Positions 35,841 through 48,454 of a stretch of 57,362 bases of DNA are shown piece after piece. This stretch comes from Gracilinanus agilis (lineage: Eukaryota). Under the pieces are notes generated by a model, which was given only the letters and a program-made list of their open reading frames with translations, was not told the DNA's origin and did no database searches. Both the position numbers and the translations under genes were made by a program. The DNA lies in assembly GCF_016433145.1 (NCBI RefSeq), contig NC_058130.1, forward strand, positions 687,753,965 to 687,811,326. Reading direction: 5' to 3'. How positions within the stretch are numbered: the stretch's first letter is position 1; each line of letters begins with the position of its first letter.

Positions 35841-37199
35841 TACTTTTCTGTGACTGATAATCAGTGGGGAAGGCACTGGAAAGGGGCTCATGAATAAAAG
35901 TCTTGCTAATTCCTATATCCTTTTAGGGTTATCACCAGATAATATGTTTCTGTGGCTGGATTTGGACCCAGATCTTCCCAATTTTAGGCACAGAAGTAGA
36001 TCCACTTTGCCAAAACTATCTCTGATCTTTCCCTTCTCCTCCAACCTCACCATACTTTAAGACTTCTAAGAAGAGAAGGAGTTAGTCACCCTCTGGGATC
36101 CTGGCCTAGGAATGAATAGGTATTTGAAAATATCCCTGAGGAAAATACTACAATAATTTCCATATTCTCTTTCTGTTTCTCTGGCCATCTCTATCCCTGC
36201 TTCTACTTTCCATGTTTCCACTTTCTGTCTTTTTCTTTTGACCCTTTTTTTTCTTTCATCATAAATTCTTCAGGTATGGAAATCACTTTAATATAGTTCA
36301 GAGAAAATGAAATTTTAAACATTACAGCCTGGAAATAGGTTTAAAGAATCACTAAAAAAGGAGCTCGATGGAAACACTGAAATTTTATGATATACACATG
36401 GCAAGTATGTGTATATATCAGTAATGATGCTGATTGTTTAACTCTTGAATCAAGTTTTCTTGAACCCCAGACTTAGGATCAAGTGCTACCTTGATCACAG
36501 GCCAGGGGACAGCTTAACCAAATAAGGGAGAAACTTCCTAAAGGAAGCTAAAGAGTCTTAGTAGAACAAAACTGAGAGGGAAACGGATTTCCCTTCTCGG
36601 TGGCAGGTTGGCAGCTTTGGCCTTCTGCAGATGGATTAGCAGTTGCAAACACAGCTCTGCATATCTGACACATACGTGTTTGGTTTAGTATTTGTCCTCA
36701 AGCCAACAGCAGACAGATTTGGGAAAAAGGGATAGCGGGGCCTTAGAGAGAAGAGCATGCTGTCCCAAGTCTTCGGTGACAACAGGCTCTGTTCTTGAGG
36801 AGCAGCCAAAACACTTGTTTCCCACAAAATCTGAGTCATTCTCCAAACAAGCCTGGAGCCAAGATAAAAACTTTCTTACCAAACTTTCTTAATCTGGTAA
36901 ACTCAACACTGGCTAAGATTTTCTTTGCTCAGATATAGAACCAAAGGATGATGGTACAACCTCCAATATAGGGAATCCAATTAACTCAGACTCCCAATCA
37001 ACAGGAGGCTATTCTGTGCTGTACTTGGATGAGAAAGAAATAATTATAATAAAGGAGTTGAAGAATAAACATTTCTTAATTTAAATTGAATCAAAGTAAA
37101 TTGCACTCAGACTCTATCTCCAAGTCCTTGTGCTTAAAGTCCATATGCTGTGCCCCATGAAATCTTCCCGGAGCCAACCCCACTTTCCTCCAATGAATA

Positions 37200-37460
37200 A
37201 AAGATAATAACTAATAATAGCTAGTTCTGCTAAATATTTTACAATTCTCTCATTTTATACTCACAATAACCCTTTGAGATAGGTGCTACTATTATTCCCA
37301 TTTTTATAGAGGAGGAAAATGAAGTTAAGTGACTTGCCCAGTGTCATCCATTAGTAAATTAGTAAATTTGCAAAGAATTAGTAAATGTATGAAGCTCAAT
37401 TTGGACTCAGATCTGACTCCCAGCCCAGAATTCTATCCACTTTGCTACCTAGCTGCCTCT
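37200..37460 (-). mobile_element. MIR SINE
   Basis: aataatagctag...cactattattcccatttttatagaggaggaaaatgaagttaagtgacttgcccag-like core. Confidence 0.85.
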
Positions 37461-38324
37461 GATTCCCTTCTCCAATCTCACCATGCTTTATGACTTTTAA
37501 TTAGCATTCTATTTATCTGTCAATGTGATATATTGCTGCTCCTCACACATTGGACTATAAATTACATGAGAGTAGTTATGTCACTTTATTCTTTTTTTTC
37601 TCCCCTTTTTTCTCTCAGGGAAGGACCTAGCAGAATATCCTGCACTCAAGATAGCATCTTTGATTTCACTGGTATAGGGAAATCCTGGATGAGGAAACAT
37701 TTTTCTGCCAATAAACTTTTATACCTTCTCTGCAATGTATAGTCAGAGTACCTAGAGCACTTAGAAGTTAAGTGACTTACCTAGAGTGGCACAGTTGGTA
37801 TATATAAGAAATGGAAACTAAACCTGCATCTTTTATTTTAAGGCCAATTCTCTATCTACTAGGCTATCTTGCATCTCAACAAAGGTTCAGTGAAGTATTC
37901 ACTTTTATTTGGTACTTTAGAGCTTGCAAAGTATTCCCAATTACTTTGTGAGGAAGATTTTGCAAATGTTCCCATTTTATAAGTGAAGGAAAATGAATTT
38001 TCAGAGAGGCACACACTAGTAAGTGTTAGAATAGTGAATCAAACACATCTCTCTCCTGATTCTCAGTCTAGCACCCTTTCAGACTTGGGAAGAATAAAAA
38101 GTAGCTTTATATCCAGTGAAGATGAATGACTATAACTTAGTGTAGTCATTCAGTCATGAGGTCAGAATATTTGCATTTGAAACCTCTCTTTGGGGATCAC
38201 CAGAGAGAGAATAGCTCATGACTTCCCAAAGAGTTCTACCTCATGTCTGGACAGGCTTATTTGTTTATGAGATTTTTCATTATAGTAAGCAGGCTACCAT
38301 ATAAAGGCTTTAGCCTTTGGAAAA

Positions 38325-39200
38325 ACTAAAGACTCATCAATGAATTGGATGAAGAGAATAGGTGGTATACCTGGATCTTCAGTCTCTTCATCAAACTCAC
38401 CCTGGCCATTATTAGACTTCAGGTATAGGATCAATGTAGAAGTTATTACAGAATTATCATATTTGTAGACAACACAAGTAGGAGAGGTAGTAAACACATG
38501 AGGACAAAGTTCAGATACAAAAAATATGTTTGTCAATATGGGATAATGAGCTGAATCTAGTAAGATAAAATTAAATTGAATAGAAGGGAAAAAATGAGAG
38601 AGGACGGGAAGAAGGAAGAAAGGGGGTAAAGAAAGGGGAAAGGAAATAAGGGAGAAATGGAGAGAAGAAAGCAAAGAAAAGAAGGGAGGAGGTAGAGAGG
38701 GAGGCAGAGAAAAGGAGAAAAGAAAGAAGAGAAAAAGGAAAGAAGAAAAAGAAGAAAGGAGAAAAGGAAGTAATGAAGGGAAGGAGGAAAGGAGGGAGAA
38801 AAATAGTAAGAAGGAAGAAAAGCATTTATTAAGTTAATCTTTGAATTAAAAAATTATATGCATATGTAATGATTGACTGGGTATGGCTAAACAAGAATTT
38901 ATTGAAAAATACCGGGAAGGTTTAGTAGCCTGTAAGATCACTGTGAGTCAACAATGTGGCAGCTGAAAAAAAAAAAAAAAAGCAGTTAGTGATCTCCCAC
39001 ATCAAAAAGCATAACACTCACAACTAGGGACATCCTAACTCTTTTATACTTTGTCCGATCAGATCATATAAATTTGGGGCCCCTCATTTTAGGAAGGACA
39101 TTGAAAAACTGGAGTGCTTCAAGAGAGAGGTATGTAGGAAGGAGAGGAAATTAGAAACTGTGCCGTTCAAGGTATAGTTATAGGAATCAATAACCAATGC
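38325..39200 (+). mobile_element. CR1/L3 RT region, interrupted by a purine-rich tract
   Basis: ctcatcaatgaattggatgaag (cf. FINDLD), atatttgtagacaacacaag (cf. FADDTKL), tgagtcaacaatgtggcagc, cattttaggaaggacattgaaaaactggag. Confidence 0.75.
38582..38823. repeat. GA-rich polypurine low-complexity tract
   Basis: About 240 nt of almost exclusively A/G. Confidence 0.9.
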
Positions 39201-39759
39201 CCAAGTTACACTATATATAGAGTATTATGTTCAGCTTTTGGTGCTGAGACAGTGAAACATCAGAGAACCAGATGGTAGAATGTATGACATACAATGGATG
39301 GTGAGTCACAGCAGAAAAAAAAAATTGACTGAGGGAAGGGGATGAGTATTTTAGAGACAAAGAAACTTACTTGTGTCTTGTAGAAGATTTTCCACTCTTC
39401 CTTATGCTTAGGATATTCTCCCTCCTCATTTGTGCCCCCCCTTTTTTACTAGACACCTTAGAATTTAGCTTAGACCTTTCCTGATATGTTGGGATTATTT
39501 GTTTGTTTTGATTGTTTCTAGCCTTTCTCCAGAGGGCAGGCTTACCCCTTTCTCTCCTTGTGACGGACACTGATGGACTCTCTGTGCTCAGAGGTGGTGT
39601 GTCCAGTGAGTAAGAGCACCATTTTCCATCTCTTTCATTTTTACTGGGACAGAGTGAATCTCACAGGAGGAGCAGGCATGGATAGGTTGGAATAGTTAAT
39701 AAATCTCATTGCCTATTTTTCTTCCCCCCTCAAAAACCCACCTGTATGTATTCCAAACT

Positions 39760-40125
39760 TCTCTAACACCACCACATAGTTACTTAAATTTATGACCTAA
39801 TCGTCACCCTCACTTCCTTATGCTCTCTCTATCTCACATATCCAATCAACTACCAGATATTGTTATTTCTAACTCCACAACATTTCTCATGTTTTCCTCT
39901 TTCTTCTCACCTGAACACTACTGAGTTCAAGTCGATATTACCTATTTCAAAAACTATTACAATAGACTATCTATTTTCTCTACATCGAACCGCTTCCCTA
40001 TTGAACCATCTTCTACATAACTGTCAGAGTGATTTTATTAAAGCACAATATATGTCATTTGTTTACTCAATAAACTCCAGTGGCTCCCTATTGACTCTAG
40101 AATAAAATAATATTTTGTCTTTAGC
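39760..40125 (+). mobile_element. L2 fragment
   Basis: ctcacatatccaatcaactaccagatattg...ctcaataaactccagtggctccctattgactctagaataaaat. Confidence 0.8.
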
Positions 40126-40270
40126 TCATCATTTATTTTTTCTATTTTTGTGCATATTTTCTAATAAATATGAGAATAATTTATAAAGTAAGCCTATACA
40201 CACTAGGAGTGCATGCTCAAAGTCTTTTACTGAGAGGAGTGTGCAATAAATAAAACTTTGGAGACTATTG
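40126..40270. mobile_element. hAT-Charlie terminal fragment (MER113-like)
   Basis: ggagtgcatgctcaaagtcttttactgagaggagtgtgcaataaataaaactttggagactattg resembles a Charlie MITE terminus (…gcgatcaaaaaagtttggagaccactg). Confidence 0.55.
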
Positions 40271-42479
40271 CTGAAGACTGATAACTCTTCATTGGAGAAC
40301 ACTGAGATGGAGAACACATAGGTAGTCTTGGATTCTCAGGCATAGTGAGTAATCCCTGTACCACCTCCTTGTATTCATATTTTCCAAGCTCCCTCAAAGC
40401 AAGGTTCACAATAAAACTACTATCTCCAGTCTTTTATTGTCCTCTTTGCACACATTGGGCTCCATAATTCTAAATATACACTTTCATTCTCTCTCATCTA
40501 ACCAGAATCACTATTCTTCAAATTTATCGATCTGACTCATAGGTGTGCTCTCTTCTCCTTTTTCCCTTTCACTCTCCCTTATTTCACAGACTCAGATATA
40601 GCCTCTACCACAAGGGATAGTCTTTGCCATCAGGACTTCTCTGTTACCAATGTAGAAAGAATGTCTTGAGGTCCTTAAGTACAACTAGGAAATTATTGAC
40701 AGCTGAGAATAACCAGGCATTTGCATTTCTTCAGACTAACAGCTGTTCTCTCTTTGTTGGTGTAACACTGTGGAGTTTTTATAAAGGAGGAATATTTATT
40801 TCAAAAGATAGTCACAAATGCATACAATTATTCTTCTTACTACACTGAAGGCATAATCTTTCTCCCTCCCTTGCACCACGTAAGACTCTGGAGATGGGAA
40901 AGGAATTAGATTTATAGTTTAACTCGGTTCCTATAGAACAGAGTCCAGTTTCCAAATCCAAAACCCACTCAGGTTCAAGTCTCAGGCACCCTGGACCGTT
41001 GAATCAGTCCACCTGCAATCCTGGCTCCAAAGTCACACTGGCTCAAATTCCAGGTCATGTATCACCTCTGACACCTGAAACTGAGGATAACTAGCCCCCC
41101 CCCCAAAAAAAAAAACAGAAGCAAACACTCCTAAGACCATCTGTCAGTGTTTAGATAAAAGATGATTAAGTTTATGGCATCCATGCTGGTTGCTGGACAG
41201 AATATCTGGAAGCAGTCAAAAAGATGGTGGCAATACAGCAAAGAGTTTGGTTGGACTACTTTTAAAGATGGAAGCAATCACTTAAGGAGGCTACCCTAAC
41301 TCATATGGTAGTGATGCAGTGGGCTCCCTATTAGACAAAGTAAGCATGCTCAAAAATGAAGTTTTGTTGTCAACCAATAGCTAAGGCCACCATGCTGGAG
41401 AGGGTTTGATTAAGGGCTGGCACTGAACTGTGAGCCCTTTCTCTTGATGATCAGCCTCACTAAACTTGGAGATGCTTATTCTGAAACTGATGACCACCAA
41501 GATGTGACTATATTTTGACTAGAGTAACATATGATGCTAACTACAATACAGAATGTGGCTGCAGTTTGCATTAAGAAAAAGAGTAGCCCACAGTTGCTGG
41601 AAGTACTAAAGAAGAGTTTTCCAAAGTGTGGGAATTGCTGATTTAATGTTTTCAGTACAACTCCCACGTAAATACAATTAATTTTTTTCAATGAAAACAA
41701 TGTTCAAATCTAAGCCAGCAAGAGTGTCATGTGGTAAATTAGTTCCAACTGATAGAGAAGCCAGTGTGGCAATTATTTCCTGCACTATATACAAATGAGA
41801 TCCCAAGACCAGAGATTTAGAAATTGAAGTGTCCTTAGAGGTTACCAATTCCAAGCTTCTCATTTAACAGAGATAAGGAAATGGAGGCTCATAGAGGTTC
41901 AGTGGTTTGCCTAGGATCATGTAGTTAGTAGATGGCAAGATGGGATTAGAATTCAGGGCTTTCTGATTCCAAACATTTTAGTTAAATCTTAAAGAAGGAA
42001 GGAAGGAAATGTCTATTTAGTAAACATTTATTATGTGCCAAGAGTTATGATAAGTGCTAGAGATACAAATATAGGAAAGAAAATTCCTGTCTCAAAGAAC
42101 CCCTCTATTTAGGGAAAACACACACAAAAGGGTGTTGAAAAAGGGGAATGGGGAAGAGTATTGGATCTGGGGTCATAATTTTAAAATTCAGAGAAAACCG
42201 TTGAAGGGTGATGAAGATCTAGACCTGGACCCCCTCACAAAATGGAAACTTCAGGAGGAATTCCCAAATAGGAGTAGAGGGACAGACCTTGTAGAGGCAT
42301 ATCTATGATGAACAGATAACAGCTGTAGAATGTTCTGGAGTAAGGAGGCACTGAGGAAAACTCCAAGATGAGATTCCAATAGTGACATGATTTTGCAGTC
42401 CAGAGAAAGACTCGATTCAGGCATAATCTATCATGATCATGATAGCTTTGTGTATAATCATGACAAAAATACTAAGTTA

Positions 42480-43340
42480 AAAAGATCTAAATCCAGAAAA
42501 TGTGATACTCTATTTCATTGTGTTTGACATTGCTTTTACTGATGAAAAGGAAAGATGTATTTGCCTTAAGGAATGCTTTAACTACAAAGAACATGAAAAG
42601 TGATAAGTAGAAATGAAATTGAAAGTCCACATTGACAAAATAAAATAATCTGAAGCAAATCATATATTTTTAGTAAATGATATTTTTTAAACTGGACCTG
42701 TTAACATAAAAACGATGGCTTGTATCTTATGAGAATGCTTAAAGAATTGCTAATTCTAAAAAATCATTTGGCAGGGGAATGTTGCTGCTATCTACTGCTA
42801 TCAATGTGATCAAAATAATGTTTGGTAAATCATATACAAAGAAGCTTTGAATATTTCTGACTTCACGTAATATGTTGGGAAAAAGAATTTCCTATATCTG
42901 TGAAGATCTTTTTAGAAGAATCAATTGAGAAAGTCAAATTTCTTTCACACTACAAAACTCATTACATTTACAAAACTCTTATATTAAAGTATATGAAGTC
43001 ACAGATATAAAGATATTTTAATTACATATTTAATATATGTTGTTGAAATTGATGTTACATAAGATTTGTTACTTTGCAAACCTTTTCATGACAATGCCAA
43101 ATCAAGGATAATTTTCAACTCCACAATTGTTGGAACTGTAATGAAAATGACATAATGGGAGGAAACAATATTGTACTATGAACCAACAGAATTCAAGTCT
43201 TATCAGGATGAAATGCAAGTCTACAATCACTAGTTAAAAATATAGCCCTTTCTGCAAGTATGACACTTTGCATATTTTACAATCGGTATTGAGAAATATG
43301 AATGAGGAAATTACATACAATTAAATCATTACAAAAGTAA
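42480..43340 (+). mobile_element. hAT-Charlie transposase fossil (disrupted)
   Basis: Translated pieces LLLSTAINVIKIMFGKSYTKKL, RNMLGKRISYICEDL, ITYLIYVVEIDVT*DLLLCKPF and ALSASMTLCIFYNR. These are colinear with Charlie/ZBED5-type motifs (LILPAA.D...MFG, SNNTV.RRI..I.ED, YVRY...EDLLFC, WTHCIIHRE). Confidence 0.8.
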
Positions 43341-43384
43341 AAAAACAAACAAACATTTTTCAAAGTCCATTAAAAAAGTTATCT

Positions 43385-44240
43385 CTTACTTTCTCTTCTT
43401 GCAGGGCATTGTTGGTGATACATAGACATTCTGATTATTTATACATTTTGTTTATATGGTTTCTTTTATAACCTGCTACATTGCTAAAATTATTGATAAT
43501 TTCAACTACTTGTTAGCTGAATCTTGAGGATTCTCTCTCTCTATGTAAACATATATATATATATATATATACACACACATATGATTTGCTAAAATAGATA
43601 GTATTTTTACCTCTACCCATTTTGATTCATCAATTTCTTTTTCTTCTCTTATTGTTATTGCTAGCATTTCTAATAGAATATTAAGACAGTATTAGTGATA
43701 ATAGGTATCCTTCTTTTACTCTTGATCTTATAGGGAAGGCTTTAACTAATCCCCATTATAAATAATGTTTGCTGAAGGTTTTAAGCATATACTTCTTGTT
43801 ATTCTAAGGAAAATTCCATTTATATCTGTATTTTCAAGTGTCTTAAATTGGAATGAGTGTTGTATTTTGTCAAAAAATATTTCTGTGTCTATTGATGTAG
43901 TCACATGATTTTTACTACTTTTTTGTTGATGTAATCAATTATATTAATAGTTTTCCTTTATTAATCCATCACAGCATATCTAGGATAAATCATGGTTAGT
44001 CATAATGTATACTCTTTGTGGTATATTGCTGTAGTCTCCTGGCTCATATTGTATTTAGGATTTTTGGATCTATGTTCATTAATGAAATTGGACTATAATT
44101 TTCTTTCTCTGTTTTTGGTCTTCTTGGTTCATATATCAGCACCAAATTTGTTTCATGAAAGGAATTTGATAAGACTCCTTCTTTACCAATTGTTCTAAAT
44201 AATTTATTAAATATTGAAATTAGATAATCTTTAAATGTAA
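43385..44240 (-). mobile_element. L1 ORF2 reverse-transcriptase fragment
   Basis: ORF-track peptide [55 protein letters not shown] matches the L1 RT motif [19 protein letters not shown]. Confidence 0.95.
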
Positions 44241-44619
44241 GTCCTTTAGAAAGTCCACCTAAAATTTCTCTACAAAGTATTGTGAATAGGGCAGCCAGAA
44301 TATAGGGTACTTTTAAATTATTGCAAAATCCTGGATTTTTTATAAAAAGGTACTTCAAAATACAAATGGCTATTTATCTTGATGAGAAGTTATGTAAAAT
44401 AATTTTATTTTTTTAAATACCATATTGGCACTTGTATAATTACTGTCTATTTCTGAAGATAGTACTATCCTAAATTCAAGATCCTCAAATTCATATTCTA
44501 GACTAATGAAACATGTACATTTATGGAAATGTTAGAGTTGTAGATAATAATTATTTTAGATTATATTCAATATGTTCCCTTTCCTCCAAATTAAATAGTA
44601 AAAAAGACAAAGATCTACA

Positions 44620-45417
44620 TGCTGGCTCGCCAATAGAAATAGTGGGTACACTGAGGTGTGTAGATTATACCTCAGTCCTCTCTTAAGGCAAAGTAGTCTT
44701 TGCCTTACTACACTGGGCCTGCAACCAAGCCTTCCAAGGCAGTTGTTTAAAAAACTAACAGGTTTATTGGTGAATAAAGGTTAGGGAGGGAGGATTTAGG
44801 ATTGAGGCTGCCCTAATCACTAATTCTCTCACTGTCCCAACCCCATTTAAGTCCTCTGCAAAGAAAATTCTTCTCTTTCTTCAGGATCCCTAAAATCCTT
44901 CCTACTTCTAGCTAATAATCGAAAAAGCCCTCTGTATTCTTCCTGACATTATAAATCCTCTTTTTGTTGGTTTATCAGGATGTGACAGGTTCAGGATAAA
45001 AAGGAAGAACTCTGGTTGTTGGAGTTCAACCCCAGCTGGGCCAGGTCTGAGGTTTGACCCTCAGCCCTCACACCAACAACTGCCTCTGGACCATGGTGTA
45101 TTAGTCAGGGTTTGAGAGTCTGTAGGATCTTCTTCAGGATGGTTCTTCTGATGAGGAAAGGTGCTCCCAGAGAAATCAAAAGGTTTCCCTTCTATCACTC
45201 ACAGGCTGGTAGAAACATGATCAGTAGAGAATACCTCCTTCTTATCTCAATTCCAAGACCAGAACAGCTCCATTGCTAGTTGCTCTTTCAAAATTTCTCC
45301 TTCCACATTTCAGAATCTCCTATCTTAAAGTTCCTAGCATGCGGTCATGCTAACCTCTTCCAACACACTTTTGCCTAAACTTAAACTCATTTATATTTCT
45401 ATAATTTCTACCATAAC
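44620..45417 (-). mobile_element. Solo LTR-like element (about 800 bp)
   Basis: Ends ccataACA (TGT start on minus), antisense polyA signal ggtttattgg near 44762, GC-richer interior. No TSD found. Confidence 0.55.
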
Positions 45418-45489
45418 AACTAGAATACAGAAGCAATTTTAATTTTATTCTAAAGACTGATATTTCTAAATATAAATGATTAAGAATCC

Positions 45490-45537
45490 CATTTGCCATA
45501 AACAAATATGATACATTTGCCATAAACAAATATGATA
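45490..45537. repeat. Perfect 24-bp tandem duplication catttgccataaacaaatatgata x2
   Basis: Direct observation. Confidence 0.95.
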
Positions 45538-47367
45538 CTCTAGCTGAATAAGAGTGGTTAATAGACTTGTCTTGTGATAGTATGTAAAAACAAGTTTCTG
45601 AATCTCACAAGCTTATGATTTTACCATGGTTCAAAAAAAAGTTATCTGGCTTATCAAAGAAAATAGAACAAATTTCACTACCATTTACTATCACTACCAT
45701 CCCTTATTGTGTGAAAAGATTGCTTCTAGCTATAGTTGTTATATTAATTATATATAATATCAGTATAATATATATATATATATTTTTTAATATTATATAG
45801 ATAAAAATATCAGTTGAGTAGTACTATCAGCCACATTACATTTTAAGAAACTTTTCCCCAAAAAATTACTTATCACTTTGCTCTTATTATTTATAAATAC
45901 AAGGATTATAAAGCTCACTGATAAATACATTATACTATGTCATATAAGATTTGTATGTAACATCATTATACTTTAAAATTTTTTATTTAAATCAAATATG
46001 ATCTAAGAAAGGTATTCACATATATTCTTTTGTGAAGTTGGTATGCAACAATATTTTATATTAAAAGAATTATATTGCTACATAAAGATTGCAAATAATC
46101 TATTTTTAAGGAATTCTTATTCTTAATAACCAAAGAATAGTCTACTTAGTATTCGTACTAAGGCATTTGGGAAACATTGTCCTCTTTAGGGATTTAAGAG
46201 AAAGAGACACTGCTCACTCTTTGTGAACTTAGCCCATTAAAGTTTATTGATGTCAAAACAAGCCCACAAGGACATATCTATGTCTCTCCATTAGCAAACA
46301 TGAGTCTCAGACTTCTGAATTGATGCTGAAGTATTCTGCATTATGTATGAACACCAGGAATTAGTGTCCCATAGACATGGAGACTTCTATTTCATTATAC
46401 TTGAAAGTAAAACATACTAATCTAAAGAAAACAAAAACCTATCCTTATGAAAAGGACTTTCAAGCTTACAATGAATTTTTTTCTCCATTGAGGTGTTCTA
46501 TTAATGAGGATGAAGTATCGGGTATATTACGTTTGTGAAATATTATTATTTCCATTTGGCAGATGAATAAAGTGAGGTTACGTGACTGATCCATGATCAC
46601 ATAGCCTCTAATGTCTAAAAGAGTCAATCTTGGATCTCAACCCCAAATTTAATATTCTTTTACTTTGCCATGTTACATTTGTGAATCTTCCAATGACAAG
46701 TCATCCAGGCAATAATGAATGCCTGGGTTGGAACAATTTCTTGAGGACCTCTCGCTCTGCTTTATAATTTCACCAGTCCTTTCAGTTTATTTCTGTCCAT
46801 CACCTCCATTTTTAAGGGGAGGGAGAGACCATGCTCAGACAGGCACACTCTCCCATGTGTACAAACCCAACCATCTCTCCAGGTGCTGATGAAGGCAACG
46901 AGCTGCATTCTAAAGAAGCCGTTGTGTTTGATTTGCAAACAGGCATCAGAGGCTGCCCCAGACCTTTTTATCGTATTAAATCAGTGGAAGGGAAGGCAAA
47001 TCTGCCCAATATGCTCATACATTCCTGTATTCCTGTCTCTTGTTGGAAAAGCTATCAGTCAGCATCAGACTATAAAATGGTAATGTCATAAGCAATTCAA
47101 ACTTTCCCTATTTGGTCTAATGCTGATTGACTGCTTGGTCAGTGAGTGAAATTTATGAGAAAATAATGGAAAGGGAGATAAATCTCTTGCCTTTAAAGCT
47201 TTATAAGCTAAATAATACCGCCTATGGAGCACTCTGAGCCTCCTCAAGAACTCTGATTATTAAAGGTCCATATCCAAAAAACCAAGAGAATTTTTCAGAA
47301 AATGGAACTGGGACAAGCTGCACAAAAATATATATCTTCACATCATTCTTTTTCTTCTTTTTTTTAG

Positions 47368-47397
47368 AATGACTGAACCTGGATTCCAGAGACTAAG
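47368..47397 (+). other. Candidate 30-nt frame-preserving microexon, (x)MTEPGFQRL, at the edge of an antisense MIR
   Basis: ttcttttttcttctttttttAG | aatgactgaacctggattccagagactaag | GTAAAT. Confidence 0.2.
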
Positions 47398-48189
47398 GTA
47401 AATATTACCTCTACTTTACAAAAGAGGAAACTAAGGCCCAGTAAAGTTAAATTGCTGACTCAAGAAAACAAAACTAGTAGAGCCAGGATTGGAACCTAGG
47501 TGTTCTGGCTCCAAATCCAGACTTTCACATTACAATAGGCTCTTGCCTATATCATAAAAATACTTCCTATGTGTCTGGGCTTTCTTAATTTATGCAACAG
47601 TTTCATATACAGGTATCTCTTCCATATGACAACCTATGATTTGATGTATCATTGTTTGGTGTAAGAAATTAAATGAGAATTTTAGGGGAGTTTTGTGGAA
47701 GCAACAGATGACATGAAAAGGCCAACAGATGATATAAAAAATTTGGAAACTCAGAAATACATAAAATATAGGTATTATATTATATAACATCAACATATTT
47801 TTCTTTTAATACCATAAATATACATAATTTCTTTTTAAGTTAAAATATATTACATATAAAATTTAAATAAAATATGTGAAATAAATTTCAATTCATTTAA
47901 AAAAGTTACTTTGCAAAAAGGGCACAAATGCCAGCAGATGACACACAAAGGCTAGAAATATTACCTTTGATCTACATATAGCCTATGACCAAATACTTTA
48001 CTGAAATTTAAAATAAGGTACTATAAATATCCCTTAAAAGAAGAAGAAAAAAGTCAGTCTTTTCCTCTGGTAAGAATGGAGGTTTAAATAATTTTACTCA
48101 GATTTTCCAGAAGGGATGCTTGTATATATATATAATTAATATATTATTTTAGTTAATTAATATCAACAAGGTAATATTAATATGTATAT

Positions 48190-48330
48190 ATATATATATA
48201 TATATTTAACCTTATGTCTTATCAATACTAAGTTTTAGTTCCAAGCAGAATAGAGGTAAGGGCTAGGCACCTGGGGTTAAGTGACTTGCCCAGTGTCACA
48301 CAATTAGGATGAATAGCCTCCTAGCTGCTG
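48190..48330 (-). mobile_element. Internally deleted SINE1_Mdo-type SINE with an (AT)n tail
   Basis: gtaagggctaggcacctggggttaagtgacttgcccagtgtcacac. Confidence 0.8.
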
Positions 48331-48454
48331 CTCTGTATATTTTTCAATGGTAGATTGGAAAAAACTGCCTGGGGGGAGTCCAATAACATGCTCCTTACTC
48401 CCCGGGTGTTTTCTAGAGGGCCATTTTATGTCAAAGTCTCACGTATAAAATTTT

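Noticed and set aside
38294-38825. 126-aa and 84-aa F/L/S/P-rich minus-strand ORFs
   Set aside because: Translation of the polypurine tract and antisense CR1.
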